Origin: Fibrobacterales bacterium
Lineage (GTDB): Bacteria; Fibrobacterota; Fibrobacteria; Fibrobacterales; JAOPTW01
NCBI GenBank assembly: GCA_051532055.1
Contig: JAOPTX010000004.1
Coordinates: 94,930 to 158,929 of the forward strand
Direction: 5' to 3'
Length of the DNA stretch: 64,000 nt
In this document: positions 60,423-64,000 of the stretch, in pieces
Position numbering within the stretch: position 1 is the first letter of the stretch
Layout: each line of letters starts with the position of its first letter
The notes under the pieces: generated by a model
The model's input: only the letters and a program-made list of their open reading frames with translations
Databases searched by the model: none
What the model was told of the DNA's origin: nothing
Translations under genes and position numbers: made by a program

Positions 60423-62437
60423 TGGCTGACGAAATCCTACAGTTTAAAATAAGTGAAGATGAGTATTCGGTTATGCTCGCCTCACTCTACCCAGAGGTAA
60501 CACTTTCGTTAATTCGTGAAGAGCTTGCCCTCCTTGGAGTAACTGAAGGTATACAGATCGCAGCTATTGAAGAAGCAATCAAATCATGTTCAGGAGGGGG
60601 GACTGTACAAAATTTGATTGTTGCACGGGCAGGAGTATTTGGTTTAGAAATCGGCTATATACCTAAAGGGGAAAAAATTGGGTATACAGAACTCCAAGAT
60701 TATGCGAAAACATTTAAATCGCTCTTTTCTTCTCTGAATAATCGAGAGGTTGTTAAACCATCGGCAAGCAAGTTGTATGATAATCTCCTGTTTTTGGCTC
60801 AAGGCCAAGCTGTTTTTCGGGTCGCCAAGACTATGAAAAATGTTCGGGGTGTTGAGATTGATGTTGATCCAGATAGTGATATTATCTCTTTGGATGAATC
60901 TATTGTTGTTGAAGATAAAGGGACTTTTTATGAGTGGTCGGCAGGTGAAGCAGGGTATCTCGTTTGTAATCTTCATAATGAATTGGCGTTATTTTCACCA
61001 TATAACCCGAATAGTGATAAGACTCAACTCTTCTTTTTAGTTGAACCAGTAAGTGTAGGGGCCAAAGAGCAGCAGTTAGCGCTTTCTGAGTATTTAGATG
61101 AAAAGCTCATTAAGAAGCGGGGCCTTACTCTTCAAGAAGTATTAAATAATCCAAAGGGTGACCTCTTGATTCGGAAACAGATAGATGTGATTCCAGGAAG
61201 AAACGCTGAGCTTGAGATTCTTGTTGAGAAAAAAAGAGTTGAGGTTAAAGAGAATGAGCAAGTTGATCATAAAGCGGTGAGTAGTTTTTTACATGTTAAA
61301 GAAGGGATTGCAATTGCCAAGAAAATTCAACCTAAGGAGGGGAAGGCTGGCATTGATATTTGGATGGAGAGTATTCCTGTTGAGCCTATTAAGGATGATG
61401 ATTTTATTGTGGGCGATTTTATAGAGAGTACAGAGAAAGAAGGAGAAATCGAGTATTGCACAACAGTTGAGGGAGTGCTCTATGTAAATGGTAAGACACT
61501 TATGGTCTCCGAGGGTCTTATTATCGAAGGAGACGTCAATGCAGAGACGGGTAATGTTCGTTATGATAAAGATATTGTTGTAGAGGGGTCTGTTTTAGAG
61601 GGTTTTTCTGTTGAATCCGGGGGTAATATTTCCATACAAGGAAGTGTTGCCAATAATGCTCGTATTGATGCGCGTAAAAACCTTGAAGTATTGAAAGGAG
61701 TGTTTGGAGAGGCGACTTCGATCTACGTTAAAGGAAATGCAGAGATAGGGTTTGTGCAAGAAAGTATGGTGCGCATAGAAGGAGATTGCCTTATTGATAG
61801 GTTTCTCTACCAAGCTCGAGTCTTTGTTGGGCGTGAGATTACTGTTTTGGGGAATAAGGTCAAGGTCCAGAAGAAGGGGGCGGTTATCGGAGGAGTGACC
61901 AATGCGGTACATGGGATGACATTGCATTCTGCTGGGTCTATTGCAACCAAGACGGAACTTATTGCGGGAATTGACATTCGGCTTCTTGAACAAATAAAAG
62001 AGCTTGAAGGGGCTCAAGAGGTTCTTGCGCAAAGCATTGTACAGCTAGAGGCGCGTGTTGGGATGGATCTCGCACGAAATGATTCAGTTGAACATCTCAG
62101 AACACTCGGAGAGGCTGATAAAGCTAAAATGAAAGAGAAGCTTGTTGCGCTGAAAGAATCAATGGATAAGCGAGAAAAAGTAGGCAAAGCTTTGGAGCAG
62201 CTTAAAGAGCGTTCTAAAGGAATGATCGCGGAAAGTCCGTTTATAGAGGTGAAAACTAAAGTAATACCAGACCTGCTTATTCGCCTTGGGAGCAGCTTTA
62301 AAGAGATAAAGGAGGAATTGAACGGGATTAAATTCCGTGGACTCCATAAAGAAATTCTAGAAGAGAAAGACGGGGCCCTTATTCGAGAAGATGGTACGAT
62401 TGTCTCGACGGAAAAACATAAAAAAACTGAGGAATAG
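60422..62437 (+). CDS. FapA (DUF342) family protein, paralog of 56645..58591
   Basis: GIDIWMESIPV, GDVNAETGNVRY, GVFGE, AEIGFVQES, VIGG..NA.H, T.L.AG. Confidence 0.85.
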   Translation: MADEILQFKISEDEYSVMLASLYPEVTLSLIREELALLGVTEGIQIAAIEEAIKSCSGGGTVQNLIVARAGVFGLEIGYIPKGEKIGYTELQDYAKTFKSLFSSLNNREVVKPSASKLYDNLLFLAQGQAVFRVAKTMKNVRGVEIDVDPDSDIISLDESIVVEDKGTFYEWSAGEAGYLVCNLHNELALFSPYNPNSDKTQLFFLVEPVSVGAKEQQLALSEYLDEKLIKKRGLTLQEVLNNPKGDLLIRKQIDVIPGRNAELEILVEKKRVEVKENEQVDHKAVSSFLHVKEGIAIAKKIQPKEGKAGIDIWMESIPVEPIKDDDFIVGDFIESTEKEGEIEYCTTVEGVLYVNGKTLMVSEGLIIEGDVNAETGNVRYDKDIVVEGSVLEGFSVESGGNISIQGSVANNARIDARKNLEVLKGVFGEATSIYVKGNAEIGFVQESMVRIEGDCLIDRFLYQARVFVGREITVLGNKVKVQKKGAVIGGVTNAVHGMTLHSAGSIATKTELIAGIDIRLLEQIKELEGAQEVLAQSIVQLEARVGMDLARNDSVEHLRTLGEADKAKMKEKLVALKESMDKREKVGKALEQLKERSKGMIAESPFIEVKTKVIPDLLIRLGSSFKEIKEELNGIKFRGLHKEILEEKDGALIREDGTIVSTEKHKKTEE

Positions 62438-62574
62438 CCCTAATTCCCTATTAGAAGGCGTTTTGGGTAATAGGCTGTGTTAAAAAGCTTTTCAAAACCT
62501 TACAATTTTATAGATGATCACTCCTTTCAACTTCTAATAATATAGTTTTTGGGTAAAATAGATCATGGAATACT

Positions 62575-62823
62575 ATGAAGCCAAATAGAAATGACCTTAT
62601 CGATGAGTTATGTCAGGAGTCCACTGGAGGGATTTCCTTGAGCGTAGTGATAGTGGTATTAGGAGTGTGTATATTGCTTATTGTGACGCTTTCCCTATTT
62701 TCAAATATTCCTACTTATGGATTGCTTGGCGTAGGTGTTGTGGTATTAGGGGGCCTTTATGGCTATGCACGATCTTTTTCTAAAAAAACATCTCAAGTAA
62801 AACGGGATATATTAGACTTATGA
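62575..62823 (+). CDS. Small two-TM membrane protein
   Basis: 82 aa with two hydrophobic helices; ATGA overlap with next ORF. Confidence 0.6.
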   Translation: MKPNRNDLIDELCQESTGGISLSVVIVVLGVCILLIVTLSLFSNIPTYGLLGVGVVVLGGLYGYARSFSKKTSQVKRDILDL

Positions 62824-64000
62824 AACAAATATTTCTCGTGGTGATTGTGCTGTTTTTAATTGGCTGTAGTAATGATTTTTATGGGGTTAATTCTGATGAT
62901 GGCCCTAGTTCAAATAATAGCGAATTGGTCAACAGTCAATCTTCGGGAGTAGAACTGAGTAATACTACAGAACCGTTTTGGGTACAAGTAGAGGATAATG
63001 ACTCGTTGTTGTTTGCACTTGCCAAAATAGAGGACAGGACGAGTGACTCGGTGAGAATGGTTGTGCATTCTTCTGGTAAAGGGGTCGCTATGATTGTTGA
63101 CTCAGCTCGCTTTGCTCGATTTGAAAATTGTGATATGTATCTTTATAATAGCTCTACGATGGACCGGAGCTTTATGAAAGAGATAATGGAGCCATTGCAT
63201 CAACTTTTTCTTGATAGCTTTGATTTTGCGGTATTTGTAAATAACATAGAACGAAGAGGTGATTGTAGATATCGGGCAGCATTTAAAAATTTACAAAATA
63301 CAACAGAGGGGATAGGAAAACAGCCATGGAATTTTGTACAAGAAGATTTTGTCAATAAGCGGTATCAAGGGTATATCCATATTCCCCAGCGAAACTATCT
63401 GTTGAGAGGGCCGATTTTACATGAGATAATCCATAATTGGGCGGATTATGTTATTGATTCGTCTAAAACAAGTCATTGGGGGACATTAGGTGTTGGAGGG
63501 TATCTTGGTGGCTGGGACCCGCAAACTCTTGTAGAAGTGGATTCTGGGACGTACTGTGCTGGGGGTCAACCTGGCTTTAAAAAATTTGCTACTGGTGGCG
63601 TCGCCAATAATATGGTCAAATATGCTCCTTTAGAGCTCTATTTGATGGGAATGTTACCAGCTGATTCGGTGCCTGAAATAGTGATACCACATCATTTTCG
63701 CTATAGTGCCATTGATACGAATCGAAGTTGTTTTACGGCGGACTCATTGGTTAATATGAGTATCGATGATATTATTGCTAAACATGGATCACGGGTCCCT
63801 GACTTTGAGAGTGCATCAAAACAGCTTTCAATGATATTTATTTTGGTCTCGTTAGAGGCGCCCACTGAGTTGGAATGGGATTATGTATTATCGACATCAG
63901 ACTCACTTATCTCAAAAGATCCTCTCCCAAAGTATCGACAAAATTTCTATTCGGCTACGGAAGGTCGAGGAGAACTTATTAGGCATAATCTTGTAGATAT
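62820..64000 (+). CDS. Lipoprotein with HExxH zinc-metallopeptidase motif (runs off window end; not in the ORF track)
   Basis: Read by hand: MKQIFLVVIVLFLIGC lipobox, GPILHEIIHNWA with HEIIH at 63420-63434, SHWG, YAPLELYLMG. Confidence 0.8.
   Translation, partial: MKQIFLVVIVLFLIGCSNDFYGVNSDDGPSSNNSELVNSQSSGVELSNTTEPFWVQVEDNDSLLFALAKIEDRTSDSVRMVVHSSGKGVAMIVDSARFARFENCDMYLYNSSTMDRSFMKEIMEPLHQLFLDSFDFAVFVNNIERRGDCRYRAAFKNLQNTTEGIGKQPWNFVQEDFVNKRYQGYIHIPQRNYLLRGPILHEIIHNWADYVIDSSKTSHWGTLGVGGYLGGWDPQTLVEVDSGTYCAGGQPGFKKFATGGVANNMVKYAPLELYLMGMLPADSVPEIVIPHHFRYSAIDTNRSCFTADSLVNMSIDDIIAKHGSRVPDFESASKQLSMIFILVSLEAPTELEWDYVLSTSDSLISKDPLPKYRQNFYSATEGRGELIRHNLVD

Noticed and set aside
1..64000. CRISPR arrays, tRNA/rRNA, IS elements, integrases, prophage genes
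   Set aside because: No spaced direct repeats, cloverleafs or mobile-element motifs recognised by eye

Overview
AT-rich bacterial chromosomal window (roughly 35-40% GC by eye) with about 43 CDSs. I found no rRNA, tRNA, CRISPR array, IS or prophage. Fibro-slime and Fibrobacter-major-paralogous-like domains plus many Ser-rich-linker lipoproteins suggest a Fibrobacterota-related organism (inference). The first ~22 kb is accessory and surface-related: three tandem paralogous Cys-rich lipoproteins, a 12-repeat Cys/Asp fibro-slime lipoprotein, two orphan membrane histidine kinases, a YgiQ radical SAM protein, a collagen/Fib_succ_major lipoprotein, a VTC-DUF4956-DUF2490-CotH operon, a degenerate RNase T2, a TPR protein and two CBM-like lipoproteins. 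The middle holds nfu-like-sufBCDS, a DJ-1 protein, a stand-alone EF-G, a sigma70-L,D-transpeptidase-coiled coil-Rel operon, a HAD hydrolase, a large FAD/Fe-S oxidoreductase, a heme-motif MCP and parE/parC. The end holds rhodanese + CoA-disulfide reductase, a PilHI-like ABC transporter + patatin-like protein, FapA-HK-RR-FapA, and a truncated HExxH lipoprotein absent from the ORF track. Best candidates for undescribed systems: (1) the VTC/DUF4956/beta-barrel/pseudo-CotH operon as a putative trans-envelope polyphosphate system, (2) the divergent sigma-LDT-coiled coil-Rel operon, (3) the FapA-bracketed sensorless two-component pair. Family assignments are from motif recognition only; no searches were run.
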